Source of the DNA: Candidatus Poseidoniaceae archaeon
GTDB taxonomy: Archaea > Thermoplasmatota > Poseidoniia > Poseidoniales > Poseidoniaceae
NCBI GenBank assembly: GCA_965662895.1
Contig: CBFIJH010000004.1
Span: forward strand, 1 to 64,000
Reading direction: 5' to 3'
DNA: 64,000 nucleotides
The notes beneath the pieces are model-generated. The model did no database searches and was not told the DNA's origin. It saw only the letters and a program-made list of their open reading frames with translations. The translations under genes were made by a program, and so were the position numbers. Shown one piece after another: positions 38,101-48,487 of this stretch (position 1 is the first letter of the stretch; each line of letters opens with the position of its first letter).

Positions 38101-40585
38101 ACGCCTCAGTTGCTGCTTCATCATCCCAACTCCAATCGACCGTGACCGGAATCCGAATTGTTCGGACATTGCTAGCATCAATGGAGGATGAACAGTTTGC
38201 GGTATCAAAGACGACGATTCCATTTGCATCACTAAGGGTGCTGCAGGAATCTCCCTGTGTCCACTTGAAGGTCGGGTTCTCTCCATCAGAATTGTTCAGA
38301 GATGCTGTTACCTCTGTGACGAAATTTACCTCATCGCCGTGGGCGACTTTGATGATGAAATTCCGTGCAATTCCGTCTGGTGCAGCCATACCGCCCTCAA
38401 AAGTAGCACCAATTGCATGGGTATTCATTTTGTATGAAATATCGAGATCATTGATTTTTACACGGCCCGATGTCTGAGCCTTGATAGCAAGTGGAACCTC
38501 AACCATACCCTCGCCATTGTCTGGAATGAATTCGTTGAAAGCGTCGACCAAGGTTGGTTGGAACTCCACTTCTTCACCAACGACAGAATCATCGTTGACA
38601 TCAATGCTAGATTCGTTAAGGAAAAGGATACTTTCCCAATCGAAATTGCCATCGCCTCCTACGTCGATTCTCGGCCGGTCAGGGTAGCCTTCTTCATAGA
38701 ACAACTCCAAACTGTCCAACATCGGTGTTTTGTACCGATCGGTTGAAGTCATTGTGACTGCGTAACGTAGGAGGTTTCCGGCCCCGTCCGTTGAGAAACT
38801 TGTCTCGACAAGGTTCTCAGCAGGTTGCCACGTCGTTCCGTCATCATTTGAAACTTGAACGGAAATGTCCGTTGCTGGATCCATGGTCGCCATCCAAACG
38901 GGACGCACTTTACCGACTTTGGTTCCAGTTGGTTGGGCAGGTGAAACCCAAGTTCCACTCGTCTCATATTCGGTTGCATATTCAATGTCAACCCACCAAG
39001 AAACTGCAGTTGAACCGATTAACGTTGCTTTCCAAACCAACTCCTTGCCGGGATGCTGGAAATGAACGGTTGTGTTGGATTCAACTGCAACCCAGTGCGT
39101 ACCGTTGTCTGCAGATACCCAATAATCGACTCGATCACCGATTGAAGCAGCAGACCAAAGTGTTTCGATGTTCGCAACAAGTACATCTTCGGTTGTTTCA
39201 ATGACTGGACCAAACCACGTTGTCGTGCCAGGGGCTGGCGTTGTTTTGTATTGCCAACCCGTACCGAATTCATGATACGATGGTGAACTTGACCATGTCG
39301 AGTAACCTGAATCGACGGTGATGAATCGCTGGCCGTCAAAGAACAGACCGTAACCAAGCGATGAGATGCTGCGAACCGTGTTTTCTGGAATCAAAGCCGT
39401 TGCACTACCAGATCGACCCCAAGATTCGAGTTGGTCTCGGTCGTTGTAATAGTTACCGTCTTGGCAACGCATGAAGAAATGGGTTTGGTTCATTTCAAGC
39501 CCCCGTGCTTGTTGGTTGCTTACACCACATTGCCAAATTGAGGAAGTTGAGGTTTGGAACGTAAAGTAGGCATCGCCTCGTTCAAGATCGCCGGTTGAAC
39601 TAACGGTATAGGACTGTATCCGTCGATTTTGGTTGTGCAATACCCAAATCGTATCGTCGACAGGATCGTAGGTAATCCCGGTATAATCACCGTTTCCTTG
39701 AGGTTCGAAAGAGTTCGTACAAATCCATTCATTTTCATTGGAAATATCAAATTCCAGAATTCGATGGTACACGGCATTTGCCGATGAAGTGTAGAAGTAT
39801 TTGTAACCAGAGAGAATGGCATAAAGGCGTTCGTCATCGGTTACAACCCAGTCACGGAACCCCCACTGCCCGTAGTAGGACGAGGAATGTTTTGTTGGCA
39901 GCGTGCAACCGTTTTGGTCGAGTGTGATGATGCTTTCCCGAGTTGCATTGTTTGGATACAAACGATGGACAATGTTGTGGAATGTGGTTGACGACCAGGT
40001 TGAGAGATACAACCAATCGTGGTGGCGTAGAATCGCTCCTTGGCCCTGCGCGTTGATGTTGTTTGGACTCAGTTTGAGTTGTTGTGAAAAGAGAGCGTCC
40101 GTCCGGTTGGAGGTATGTGGTTGACGAACGGCATATGTACCGTTGTCAAGCCATGCAGTACTTGATGGATTGACTTCTTCATCCAATCCGTGCGTGTTAA
40201 ACTCCTGGCTGGAGTTGGCCATTGCGAGGGTAAGATCTGCGCTTTGGTTGTCCGTGTCGGAAGCAACACCCCCGGCCCAGTGGTCGCGAGTTGTCGTGGG
40301 AATAGAAGACCAACCAGTCGCAGAAGCACCTGACAGAGTCATTTGAACATCCGTAACTTGGGCACCTTTTGGCAAAGCAATCTTGGCCCCACTGTCTGCG
40401 TTACCGCCCTGGTAAAGTGCGATGTATTCAGAGGTTCCATCACTGAACTCATAGGTGTGACGAGCGACTTCTGAAGCTTCTGCTTCTTCAATCCAAAGTT
40501 CACCAAGGGGAGAAAAGCTCATTCCTAGAAAAAGGGCAAGAAGCAGGAAAGCAAGGGAGCGTTGAGAGACAGCGTTCACACTCAT
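35198..40585 (-). CDS. Giant (1795 aa) membrane-anchored surface protein with Asp-box motifs and Trp-rich C-terminal tail
   Basis: Signal peptide, propeller-like N-region, VSADNGTHW and VSNDDGTTW Asp-boxes, Ig-like segments, C-terminal TM helix, Pro-rich linker and GLPEGWTQEQWNHFG. Confidence 0.8.
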   Translation of the reverse strand: MSVNAVSQRSLAFLLLALFLGMSFSPLGELWIEEAEASEVARHTYEFSDGTSEYIALYQGGNADSGAKIALPKGAQVTDVQMTLSGASATGWSSIPTTTRDHWAGGVASDTDNQSADLTLAMANSSQEFNTHGLDEEVNPSSTAWLDNGTYAVRQPHTSNRTDALFSQQLKLSPNNINAQGQGAILRHHDWLYLSTWSSTTFHNIVHRLYPNNATRESIITLDQNGCTLPTKHSSSYYGQWGFRDWVVTDDERLYAILSGYKYFYTSSANAVYHRILEFDISNENEWICTNSFEPQGNGDYTGITYDPVDDTIWVLHNQNRRIQSYTVSSTGDLERGDAYFTFQTSTSSIWQCGVSNQQARGLEMNQTHFFMRCQDGNYYNDRDQLESWGRSGSATALIPENTVRSISSLGYGLFFDGQRFITVDSGYSTWSSSPSYHEFGTGWQYKTTPAPGTTTWFGPVIETTEDVLVANIETLWSAASIGDRVDYWVSADNGTHWVAVESNTTVHFQHPGKELVWKATLIGSTAVSWWVDIEYATEYETSGTWVSPAQPTGTKVGKVRPVWMATMDPATDISVQVSNDDGTTWQPAENLVETSFSTDGAGNLLRYAVTMTSTDRYKTPMLDSLELFYEEGYPDRPRIDVGGDGNFDWESILFLNESSIDVNDDSVVGEEVEFQPTLVDAFNEFIPDNGEGMVEVPLAIKAQTSGRVKINDLDISYKMNTHAIGATFEGGMAAPDGIARNFIIKVAHGDEVNFVTEVTASLNNSDGENPTFKWTQGDSCSTLSDANGIVVFDTANCSSSIDASNVRTIRIPVTVDWSWDDEAATEALLTVKDSLGTAVANWQTENMKLRVENDIQLDGLQVFDESGRQLYPQDWVRGGQNLSFLGKIHFESSQLSPLSGEFDLRVLGQNVTYDGDPIGQPVLLAEESNPSFGAYNLSFTSPIESSPGGMVFYVEAVNLPNGSTFTNPGYNTMRLVLDGNSPLVLGVTPFDGQERHVGPPSPGGQAVAINIQDSVDPPTQITLHYWVGCKSTVAIGCHDFNFDGLPQEDEYAEKTLSSPETIPGGLNIFNGLIDDSMLLHGQVVSIYVSGKDGQDNQVAMGGGPVCPPTPQVCGYAPGQVMPNWDADASTYRIRQEFEPVVDLTNSSIIGHEDQQPLHPGVMYTAQVVLSDRNGWQDIEFVQFALGEDVNDDETSIFIELEEDENGMPKAKLNSGGEYIAVSNLYSQVSTFGEDANQLLIRARFQLTWSFPEIYDTNGVEHFIPILKVTDKPCNEGEEVPCFSKISGLGSNAWSLDNDFRFYTEPGHIKAVELRDGTNHYNDEGDESLIGSGQALRVTGRVLFSEDETPAPAGAFDVVFGDFDHVWRTSPRDNGEFSLDLLVPSVNSGKLDLRLRLDDLPGLAQDETSPLPRVRFTVDSSNPTIKTVMLNEVPVGLPLSIGDANSLQVMLETVDDNGFDLNNPAVLHYRIRAGEAEISRGATALPETLPFGEQFFWTGAIDLTDMGATTLLPSYVVDIWVSGSDSTGNPFETQNNNIDQPFATWPLALLGPSISFANEDTDIGWSNPSPTLGETSELEINVANLGGKGDVRFVLQRLVDGGNWNEESNTTIPVSAGMAAFASMPVVASVEPGQSQTYRLLVLIDGVEMDRYNVDPLIVKKETVRDGDALAQQASDDQFAIFMYLVAVVSLSAFLWMLVMYRKMKYGDDEFEADQTDVVTEEMEAKTVPELNLNQPLPVPAPVQAPSPQPAATAPPAQPDPRGIAPLPPTGLPEGWTQEQWNHFGWKYIEGFSKK

Positions 40586-40634
40586 GTTGTCAATGCAGTC
40601 CTTGAAGGATTATCAAGCGTTTGGATAATGGTCA

Positions 40635-43600
40635 CTACGTTGTTTGACGCGAATCGTACCGGATTGGGGAAGTTTCACCCCGACTTCCGTCCTGTTCATC
40701 ATCATTGACTTCAAACCAATCAACCATCCAATCACCGTCCGTATCCCAATTCGTCGGGTCGGTTCCTTCAGCGACATGATCATCGTTGTAGTCGAGTAAG
40801 AACCATCCGAATTCGTGTTCACCAACCGAACGAACGGGGGATGTATTCGGCGCACCTGTGTAGTAAATCTCCCATGGGTCGGTCAGGTTACCACCACAAA
40901 GTACCTCGTGATTTGAAGCATCCTGGACCAAGAAATCATTGTCATTGTCGTTCACGATGTAGGCGTATCGGAAATCATTCCTCTGTGATTTGTCCATCTT
41001 GAGATAATTTTTCACACCCTCGTCCCATTGCCCAATACCGAGCAGATAGGAACGCAGTTGCCATCCTTCAAGAATGACCTCTCCTTCGAACGTCAATCCA
41101 GACAGACGTACTGCATTTGGACTCGAAAGCTGTTCTTCGGTAATGGCGAAATATTCCTGGAAATTCGTGTAGGGTTCATAGACACAACCGACTCCAGAAC
41201 AATCCCAGTTCCCGTCCTGATCGGCATCCTCGTTTGCATCAACAGCATCTCTTGGGTCCATTGTAAACCACGCATACGATAATTCAGGTCGCCCGAGTGT
41301 TCCTGCATTCAGTGAAAGTGGAAGGCACGAGTTGGTCGATGTATCGCAAGTCGCTCCTGTTGCAGGGTCAATCCAGTTCACTTGAATTTTCAAGAAGGAG
41401 GAGTAGTTATCGTTGGATTCATTCCACGCTTTCGCATACTCGTACCAATCGGGAATCATGTCACCATCTGTATCGTTGTCCATCGGGTTCGTTCCGTATT
41501 TGAACACTTCACGACCATCGGTCAAATTGAAATCTTGATAGTGTGCAGTCACCACTCCGTTCAAAGTCTCTGTGATGAACGACTCGGAGTCACCATCGCT
41601 GTCATTGCTGTCCGGACGTGTATCGTTATCGTACTCCATCCAATTGGTGAATGGTAGATCACCAATACCAGCCTGAACAACCTGATTTGATGGTGTAAAA
41701 ATGCGCGATTCCCACTCGCCTTGTAAAGCAGGAACATCGAAGGCAGTTCGGTCGTACCATCCATCTGAATCACCGTCATAATTGACATCCCATGGATTCA
41801 ATGGATTCGCCGCCCAATGATTGACAGTGGTTGGATTGTCCATGCCATACAACGCATAACAATACTCCCAACCATCTGGAATTCCATCCGAATCAGAATC
41901 CGGATGTGTCGGGTCAGAAACTCCAACAAGCGTTCGATTGAAATTGTTTTCATTCAGTGAATTGATGGTATTCATTCGATTGACGGAATCTGGTCCTTTT
42001 GCCATGAAATCATCGATGAGGGCTTGTCGCGCTTGCAAAATGGTCATGCCGGTTTCTTCCATGTAGGCATTCATCGCATCTTCACCGAAATCAACGATAC
42101 CAATCGATGCAGGAACGGATGTACGATTGAGGTATTTCCCCCAAGTTCGCGCCTCCCACTCACGCAAGTTGGAATAGCGTTCATCCAAATCGATGGTTCC
42201 ATCTCGGTTGCAGTCGTAACTATCTCCATCCGAATCAAGATTCACATCGGTTTCAATCAATGGGTTGAGCCCCCATCGGTTCTCGTTCAAGTCCCAAGAT
42301 GTGAACCAGTACTCAAAGCCGTCGTACATACCATCATCGTCGGTATCCGGATTGGTTGGATCGGTCATACCGAGGAGCAAGGAAATGAACACATTTGGAG
42401 GTTCACCCGACTGCCAGGCGTTGAAGTCATCCAACAACCGTTTTCCACGCGAATCCTTTGAAATCAAAATTTGGAACACACGTTGTGCTTTCTTGGTCGG
42501 CTGTTGGACATCTCCATCCTCGTGAAGAAGTGGCGCATCTGCAGGAGCGGCAATCCCGTTATCGGGATTCGCAGTTGCCAATGCGAATTCTTGCACATCA
42601 GCCAAACCATCGTCATCGCTGTCAAACGTTCCATCCCCTGCAACGACGGGATTCAATGTCCATGTTTCCGCAGAGATATTCCATGCAGTGAAAAGCAACT
42701 CCATTCCATCAATGATTCCATCGCCGTCTGTGTCAACGTTGTTTGGGTCTCCAGTTGGACCTGTGAGGTTGTATTGATCCTCTGTCAAGAACGTTCCAAA
42801 CGAGTAGGTGGTTGACGCTGACGGCCATTGCTGGAAGGCGTAAGCAGATCCAAGTGTTGTCACGAACCACTGGGGAGACGAGCGGTTCGAATTGGTTTCA
42901 GATCGCTCGGCGTCAATGAGATTGTATTCTTCCCAATTGGTCATCCCATCGTTGTCAGCATCGAGCCACCGATCGCTTGGTTGAAGTGGATTCAATGTCC
43001 ACTCATCGTCCAAGACATTCCATCGGGCAAACCAAATCTCCCAACCATCCGGCATTCCATCATCATCTGAATCAGCACTGAATGGATCGGTTGAGCCAGT
43101 TTCGATGGGAAGTTGAGCAGCAAGGATTGCCCCACTCGCACGGGAAGCAAAATCAGCCTCAGGTGTACCAAAATCAGAAACATTGTCGAACAGATCGGTC
43201 GTAAACTCACCGGGAAGTTCAACACCATCGAGCGTCTGATTGTTCAAAAACAGACCAAAGCGTACGTGATATTCGAGATAATTCACATACATCTCATTCG
43301 GTGTGAGAACACCATCCTTGTTCACATCGTATCCATCACCATCTGGATTTTCAAACAAATCCGAACCGTTCAATGGGTTAACACCAACACGTTGAGGCGA
43401 CCAAGTGCACTGGCGGTCTGCTTCCCAACCATCGGGTAAGCTGTCTCCATCCGAATCGACAAGGTTCGGGTCAGGAATCGACCATGTCGCAACTGAGTCA
43501 GGGGATTCACCATAATCCTCGAAAAGGTCCCCATTGAGTCCTGCCTCTCGAACCAAAGACCATTGGTACTCGCAAAGATTTGCAAGTCCGTCTTGATCGG

Positions 43601-46376
43601 CATCCCAAGCAGCATCTTCCGCTCGTGTTGGGTCAAGCGACCAATTGTTTCCACCGTTGAAGGTGGTTCCAATCCACCGGCGATGTTGGATTTCCCAACC
43701 ATCGGGCATTCCATCACCATCCGTATCGAGTACTGTTGGATCTGTGCCGACATCGATTGAATTCAGACTGCTGTAGGTCGTTCTTGCTTGCTCACCGAGT
43801 GCCTCATCGCAAACATAGACCAATTGTGGCGTGTAATGGCAATCAAAGTTCGTCTCGGCTAAGTAATAGCCAAAGAATTCGGAACCATCGAGAAGACCGT
43901 CCATATCGGAATCGCTTTGATTTGGAAGGGTTGAGTTGTATCCTTCTTCCGTTCTCGCAATGTATCGGTACTCCTCAAGGTTGGTCCACCAACGGTCCAA
44001 ATCACTTCCGCCGTCCAATCGCAGGCCATCCACGTCCCCATCCAAGAGCGCATCCCATGGATCGGTTGGATCAAGACCGTAGGTTATTTCCCATCCGTCA
44101 GGCATACCATCGCTATCGGAATCGTTTGCTCCTGGATCCATGAGTTCAAGGTTAGCGAAACGACCAGGGGCCGATGCGCCAAGGATGTAGGTTTCGTCTT
44201 GTCGCTCAATCGTGGCAAGCGATGCGATTTCACCGGGCATTTGAGAATTTGATTGCAGGCCATACACGTCGAGATAATTTCCAGCCAGAACCCAAAGCCC
44301 TGCTGATGAGCCAACCAAAATTTCATCCCCTGTCGGATGAATCGAGTGAATGTTGTTCGAGCGTGAGAGTTCATCGGCATCGCTACCCGGATGTTCAAAT
44401 AGTCCACCAAACGACATATCGTTCAATTCAAGATTCAACTTGTGCAATCCTGAGGGCGTACCAATCCACAACGCAGTTGGGTTTTCCTCGTTCGGTCCGT
44501 CCAAAACCATTGCTTGCACTTCGGCAGGATTTCCAGTTGCTCCGAGGTTGAGTGTACGCAAATCGTCGATCTTGTTCGAGATATTCGATGCTGAAGCATC
44601 GAAGAAGAATCTCCACGAAGGGATGGCTTCATCTCGACCGGTCGCTGTTTCAAGCGTCATCATTCCTCGCTCGGTGCCAACATAAAGGACAAGACCTCCA
44701 CCTGGTACGCTTCCGTGTTCGATCTCTGTTACGACGACTTCGTCATTCATTAACGCTGATTTGAAGTTCGCTCCGAGATCAAAGGTTTGTGTGATGAGTC
44801 CACCTGCGTTAACTTCGAGAACCATTCCGTCCCCGTGCGCTCCGAGTGCGATGATTTGTTGACTTGAGCCTTCAATTGCGAGTTGTTCAAGGGCATAGAG
44901 TTCAATGGATTCACTCGATGACCAGGATTCGATTGGTTCAATGAATCCGTCGACTTGGAGTGCTGCAACATGAACACCATGGGATGTCGCTATCGCAATG
45001 GAGTGGGGTCCAGACTCAGATTCAACGAAGATTGCTTCGTAACCGATGACCCCCTGCGGGAACCACTGGTCGGTGGTCGTTTCAGTATCGTAATCCATTG
45101 TTGTCATACCATATCTCGTAAGATAGTAGGCCGTCGAGTCTTGAACCAGAATCGAACGAACATCATGGTGCATGACCGAGAGATGGCCGGGAATTGCGTT
45201 GAATGTCAGGGGGTATTCTCTGAACGTGGAGTCATTGACACCGAGTTGAACTTCTTTTAGTCCTGAGCGCACCGTATTGCCTTCGTCGTTATGGATGTAG
45301 AATTCTTCTAAGTTCGAGAGCGCTTCACCCAACGCTAAAGCGGAGTCGGTACGACTAACATCCGCAGATACAAGCCCATCCCTATTGACATCCCACCCAT
45401 CGCTGTCATCGTCAAGCAACGCATTGGAACGGTTGAGGGGGTCGAGGCCAAAATGAACCTCCCAGCCGTCTGGCATACCGTCTCCAAAAGATGGATAAAG
45501 TGGGCGAACTGCGAACCCATCCCAACTGTAACGGTCTGAATCATCCAAAAGTGGGTCTGTTCCTAGCCACAAGTCTTCACCAACCACGTCGGTTGTGTTG
45601 GTCGTACATGCGGAGAGAATGTTCTGGAACGAGGCATTTAACCCGTTGGTGATAAACGGCCACTGCCCTACGGCTGAGCCTTGTGGGAGGGTCGCAGAAC
45701 ACCACAATCCATCAAGTTCGGTCGTGAAATTACCAGGCATGCCGTATCGATACTCTTCTGGAGAGGTAAATTGTTCAGCAATCGAAAGAAAACCATCACG
45801 ATTGACGTCAAATCCATCGCCATCTGGATCGTCCGTTGCATCGCTTCCATTCAGTGGATCGAAGTACGGGCAAACGTACCGTTGTGTCGCATCATCAAAT
45901 CCCCCGGCACGTGCACACATCCATGCTTCGAACCCATCTGGCATACCGTCCCCATCCGTATCGGAAACCCTTGGGTCAAGATAGATACGGTCTCCGTTTT
46001 CATCGAGAGTTCCGGTCAAACCCCGAGAAAATCCGGGGTCGTTGCAATAATCAGGATAAGGCCAACAGTATTCTTCGGTGTTGTTTAATCCGTCAAGGTC
46101 CGTGTCGACATCTGCATCCGATGCATCACTTTTGTCCAAACCTTTCATCATCACCATCCTGGCATCGACCGATGAGAAGTTAATCCATTCTTCGAAGATG
46201 TTTTCATGAACATCGGGTATTCCATCACCGTCTGTATCTGTTGTCGGTGGCTCCTCACCGAAGGTTTGGTCTGGATGTGTATTGGAGACAGGAGAAATCA
46301 CTGGGAACTGCGACATGAAAAGTAGACCAGCAATAACTGCGAGCGAGGTGAGTAAAGTGGTCTGGCTCCTACGCAA
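40635..46376 (-). CDS. Giant (1913 aa) secreted Ca-binding protein with ~25 DxDxDG (thrombospondin type 3-like) repeats and a central propeller-like region
   Basis: N-terminal signal/anchor and recurring DxDxDGMPDGWE...L(D/N)P and DxDxDGLxNxxEY units. TTG start with an AGGTGA SD. Confidence 0.85.
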   Translation of the reverse strand: MRRSQTTLLTSLAVIAGLLFMSQFPVISPVSNTHPDQTFGEEPPTTDTDGDGIPDVHENIFEEWINFSSVDARMVMMKGLDKSDASDADVDTDLDGLNNTEEYCWPYPDYCNDPGFSRGLTGTLDENGDRIYLDPRVSDTDGDGMPDGFEAWMCARAGGFDDATQRYVCPYFDPLNGSDATDDPDGDGFDVNRDGFLSIAEQFTSPEEYRYGMPGNFTTELDGLWCSATLPQGSAVGQWPFITNGLNASFQNILSACTTNTTDVVGEDLWLGTDPLLDDSDRYSWDGFAVRPLYPSFGDGMPDGWEVHFGLDPLNRSNALLDDDSDGWDVNRDGLVSADVSRTDSALALGEALSNLEEFYIHNDEGNTVRSGLKEVQLGVNDSTFREYPLTFNAIPGHLSVMHHDVRSILVQDSTAYYLTRYGMTTMDYDTETTTDQWFPQGVIGYEAIFVESESGPHSIAIATSHGVHVAALQVDGFIEPIESWSSSESIELYALEQLAIEGSSQQIIALGAHGDGMVLEVNAGGLITQTFDLGANFKSALMNDEVVVTEIEHGSVPGGGLVLYVGTERGMMTLETATGRDEAIPSWRFFFDASASNISNKIDDLRTLNLGATGNPAEVQAMVLDGPNEENPTALWIGTPSGLHKLNLELNDMSFGGLFEHPGSDADELSRSNNIHSIHPTGDEILVGSSAGLWVLAGNYLDVYGLQSNSQMPGEIASLATIERQDETYILGASAPGRFANLELMDPGANDSDSDGMPDGWEITYGLDPTDPWDALLDGDVDGLRLDGGSDLDRWWTNLEEYRYIARTEEGYNSTLPNQSDSDMDGLLDGSEFFGYYLAETNFDCHYTPQLVYVCDEALGEQARTTYSSLNSIDVGTDPTVLDTDGDGMPDGWEIQHRRWIGTTFNGGNNWSLDPTRAEDAAWDADQDGLANLCEYQWSLVREAGLNGDLFEDYGESPDSVATWSIPDPNLVDSDGDSLPDGWEADRQCTWSPQRVGVNPLNGSDLFENPDGDGYDVNKDGVLTPNEMYVNYLEYHVRFGLFLNNQTLDGVELPGEFTTDLFDNVSDFGTPEADFASRASGAILAAQLPIETGSTDPFSADSDDDGMPDGWEIWFARWNVLDDEWTLNPLQPSDRWLDADNDGMTNWEEYNLIDAERSETNSNRSSPQWFVTTLGSAYAFQQWPSASTTYSFGTFLTEDQYNLTGPTGDPNNVDTDGDGIIDGMELLFTAWNISAETWTLNPVVAGDGTFDSDDDGLADVQEFALATANPDNGIAAPADAPLLHEDGDVQQPTKKAQRVFQILISKDSRGKRLLDDFNAWQSGEPPNVFISLLLGMTDPTNPDTDDDGMYDGFEYWFTSWDLNENRWGLNPLIETDVNLDSDGDSYDCNRDGTIDLDERYSNLREWEARTWGKYLNRTSVPASIGIVDFGEDAMNAYMEETGMTILQARQALIDDFMAKGPDSVNRMNTINSLNENNFNRTLVGVSDPTHPDSDSDGIPDGWEYCYALYGMDNPTTVNHWAANPLNPWDVNYDGDSDGWYDRTAFDVPALQGEWESRIFTPSNQVVQAGIGDLPFTNWMEYDNDTRPDSNDSDGDSESFITETLNGVVTAHYQDFNLTDGREVFKYGTNPMDNDTDGDMIPDWYEYAKAWNESNDNYSSFLKIQVNWIDPATGATCDTSTNSCLPLSLNAGTLGRPELSYAWFTMDPRDAVDANEDADQDGNWDCSGVGCVYEPYTNFQEYFAITEEQLSSPNAVRLSGLTFEGEVILEGWQLRSYLLGIGQWDEGVKNYLKMDKSQRNDFRYAYIVNDNDNDFLVQDASNHEVLCGGNLTDPWEIYYTGAPNTSPVRSVGEHEFGWFLLDYNDDHVAEGTDPTNWDTDGDWMVDWFEVNDDEQDGSRGETSPIRYDSRQTT

Positions 46377-46549
46377 TGAAAATCACCTACGGACCAACGC
46401 CCTAACAAATCTGCTCTTCTCCATGCTTATAGGAATGATGGAGCGTTGTTCATACACGGTTTGGTTTGCGAGTGTCGAAATTGAACAAGAATCATCAATT
46501 TGAAGCGGTGTATTCAATATCCGTCTGCTCTCGGCTAACCACGATTGCA

Positions 46550-47380
46550 ATGGGCATGTCGATCACGCACCTCGGAACAGGTAGTCGTGGGAATGCTACG
46601 TTGCTTAGTTCGGGTTCATCGCACATCCTTGTCGATCAGGGATTCAGTGGGGTACAACTTGAGAAACGATTGAACATGCTCGACGTGTCACCAAGTGATC
46701 TGCAAGCAATTGTCGTCACGCATCACCATGGAGATCATGGAGGGGGTGCACTCATTGCTCAAAAACGGTGGAAAGTACCGGTTTATGCAAACCATCGAAC
46801 GATTGCTGAACTTGGCCTGCTACCGGAATTCACGCATCAATTTGAAGCCCTTGATGTCTTACAGTTCGACCAAGGCATTTCGCTTCTTCCTGTACCAGTG
46901 CCTCATTCAGGTGCGGACAATGTTGCTTTCGTAGCCAGTCATGGGGGTGAACGTTCAGCCATCATCACGGACTTGGGGAGCTGGACCGATGAACTTGTCC
47001 ATCACGTGCGAGGTTGCCAACACATTGCAGTTGAAGCGAATTACGATAAAAATCGATTGATGAGAGGACCCTATCCTGCATCATTGAAGGATAGGATTTC
47101 TGGTCGTGGCGGCCACCTGTCAAACACCCAAACCGGCGAATTTCTTCATCAGGTGTGCACCGATGCAACCCGAAGCATTACGTTAACACACCTTTCGGAA
47201 ATGAACAACGCACCACACCTCGCAGAATCGACCGTTTTGTTTGAAATTGATGAAGTGTTTGAAGGAGACATCAACATCTCTATGCAAGATGGCCCACATT
47301 TTTCTCATTTCATTGGCCGTCGAGATGGAGATGGATTCGCAACAAACGCCATTCAACGCATACAGCGAGAATTGCCTTGA
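46550..47380 (+). CDS. MBL-fold metallo-hydrolase (YycJ/WalJ-like)
   Basis: LGTGSRGNA, THHHGDH, TDLG, EANYD, GHLSN and HLSEMNN motifs. Confidence 0.88.
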   Translation: MGMSITHLGTGSRGNATLLSSGSSHILVDQGFSGVQLEKRLNMLDVSPSDLQAIVVTHHHGDHGGGALIAQKRWKVPVYANHRTIAELGLLPEFTHQFEALDVLQFDQGISLLPVPVPHSGADNVAFVASHGGERSAIITDLGSWTDELVHHVRGCQHIAVEANYDKNRLMRGPYPASLKDRISGRGGHLSNTQTGEFLHQVCTDATRSITLTHLSEMNNAPHLAESTVLFEIDEVFEGDINISMQDGPHFSHFIGRRDGDGFATNAIQRIQRELP

Positions 47381-47446
47381 ATCAGCGACGTTCAGGTCAA
47401 TACCTAAATGCAGCCGAATGGCTACCGTGGTTGAGGGGAGGTCAGG

Positions 47447-48487
47447 ATGCATCGCCAAGGCAGAGATGAAACTGACGATGCTGTGAGTGAAATCCTCGGC
47501 GTCATCATGATGCTTGCCATGGTGATCACCATCATGGGAGGGGTCTGGGTCTTCCTCAATCCATATCTTGTTGCATTTCATGACAACACCAATTGGAACA
47601 GTGCAAGCAACATCGCAGACCGGGTCGAAGACCGCATCGATGTCGTAGGAGATGCACCTTATGGGACTGGAACACGACAAGCACTCTCGCTCAAATCATC
47701 ATCCATCAATCCTGCCAATCTAGTTGAAGAATGGGTCATTGCCTCAGATCTAACGCCGCTCGAGGTCGTATCGGTGAATGAATTAAACGCGACCTCGTTT
47801 GAATTTTATGCGCTTAATGAAAGTGTGACCGAAGTGAAAGTACAAAATTCCGACAATGCATCGACGTTCGCAGTTCAGTCGGACCTTGATTGGCAAATTA
47901 TTGATCACAACCTCGAGAGTGAATCATTCCTCATCATTGATTTCTACAATGCAGGGGGACAACACGTCCACCGCTGGTCTCGGTTTGTCCTTTCAGGAAT
48001 GAGTATAAGCACGGCCATCGATGGAGGGCTGAATCAAATCACGCTCATCAACGATGCTCGAATTACAAAAGACCCAACGACGCCGTGGACCATCGAAGAG
48101 GCACCACGATTTCGTCTTGACACGCTTGTCGATGGTTCAACACGCCTTTCCATTGTCTTGACCGATGTGCGACTTGAACAAGCCCTTGGGAACGGACCAA
48201 ATGTGGGGTTCAAGATCGAGTCTCTCGGCCCAGTTCAACTCTTCACGGGAGATTCGTACAACCTGCGGATCAAAGTCACAAACACGCTCCATCCTGTCGT
48301 TGACCCACAATACAACGACATATGGTTGAATGACTACACCATCAATCGTGCAGCTGGTACGCTTGGTGAATTTGTTGGAATCAGCCCTTACCAAAGAGCG
48401 AGTGGTAGCGATGGATTAACTGTTGAAACCCACGGTCAAGCGCTCGCATTAGAAATCGATGTTCGAAGGTTGGTGGTGAACGGATGA
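47447..48487 (+). CDS. Archaeal pilin-like protein (class III signal peptide)
   Basis: DDA|VSEILGVIMMLAMVITIMGGVWV: a PibD-type cleavage site followed by a hydrophobic helix. Confidence 0.7.
   Translation: MHRQGRDETDDAVSEILGVIMMLAMVITIMGGVWVFLNPYLVAFHDNTNWNSASNIADRVEDRIDVVGDAPYGTGTRQALSLKSSSINPANLVEEWVIASDLTPLEVVSVNELNATSFEFYALNESVTEVKVQNSDNASTFAVQSDLDWQIIDHNLESESFLIIDFYNAGGQHVHRWSRFVLSGMSISTAIDGGLNQITLINDARITKDPTTPWTIEEAPRFRLDTLVDGSTRLSIVLTDVRLEQALGNGPNVGFKIESLGPVQLFTGDSYNLRIKVTNTLHPVVDPQYNDIWLNDYTINRAAGTLGEFVGISPYQRASGSDGLTVETHGQALALEIDVRRLVVNG

Noticed and set aside
40635-46376. CRISPR array or DNA-level tandem repeat
   Set aside because: The repeats exist at the amino-acid level with synonymous divergence and irregular spacing inside one ORF.
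46419-46443. CTCCAT...ATGGAG hairpin in the divergent promoter region
   Set aside because: A 6-bp stem is within chance expectation, and there is no further support for a riboswitch or terminator.
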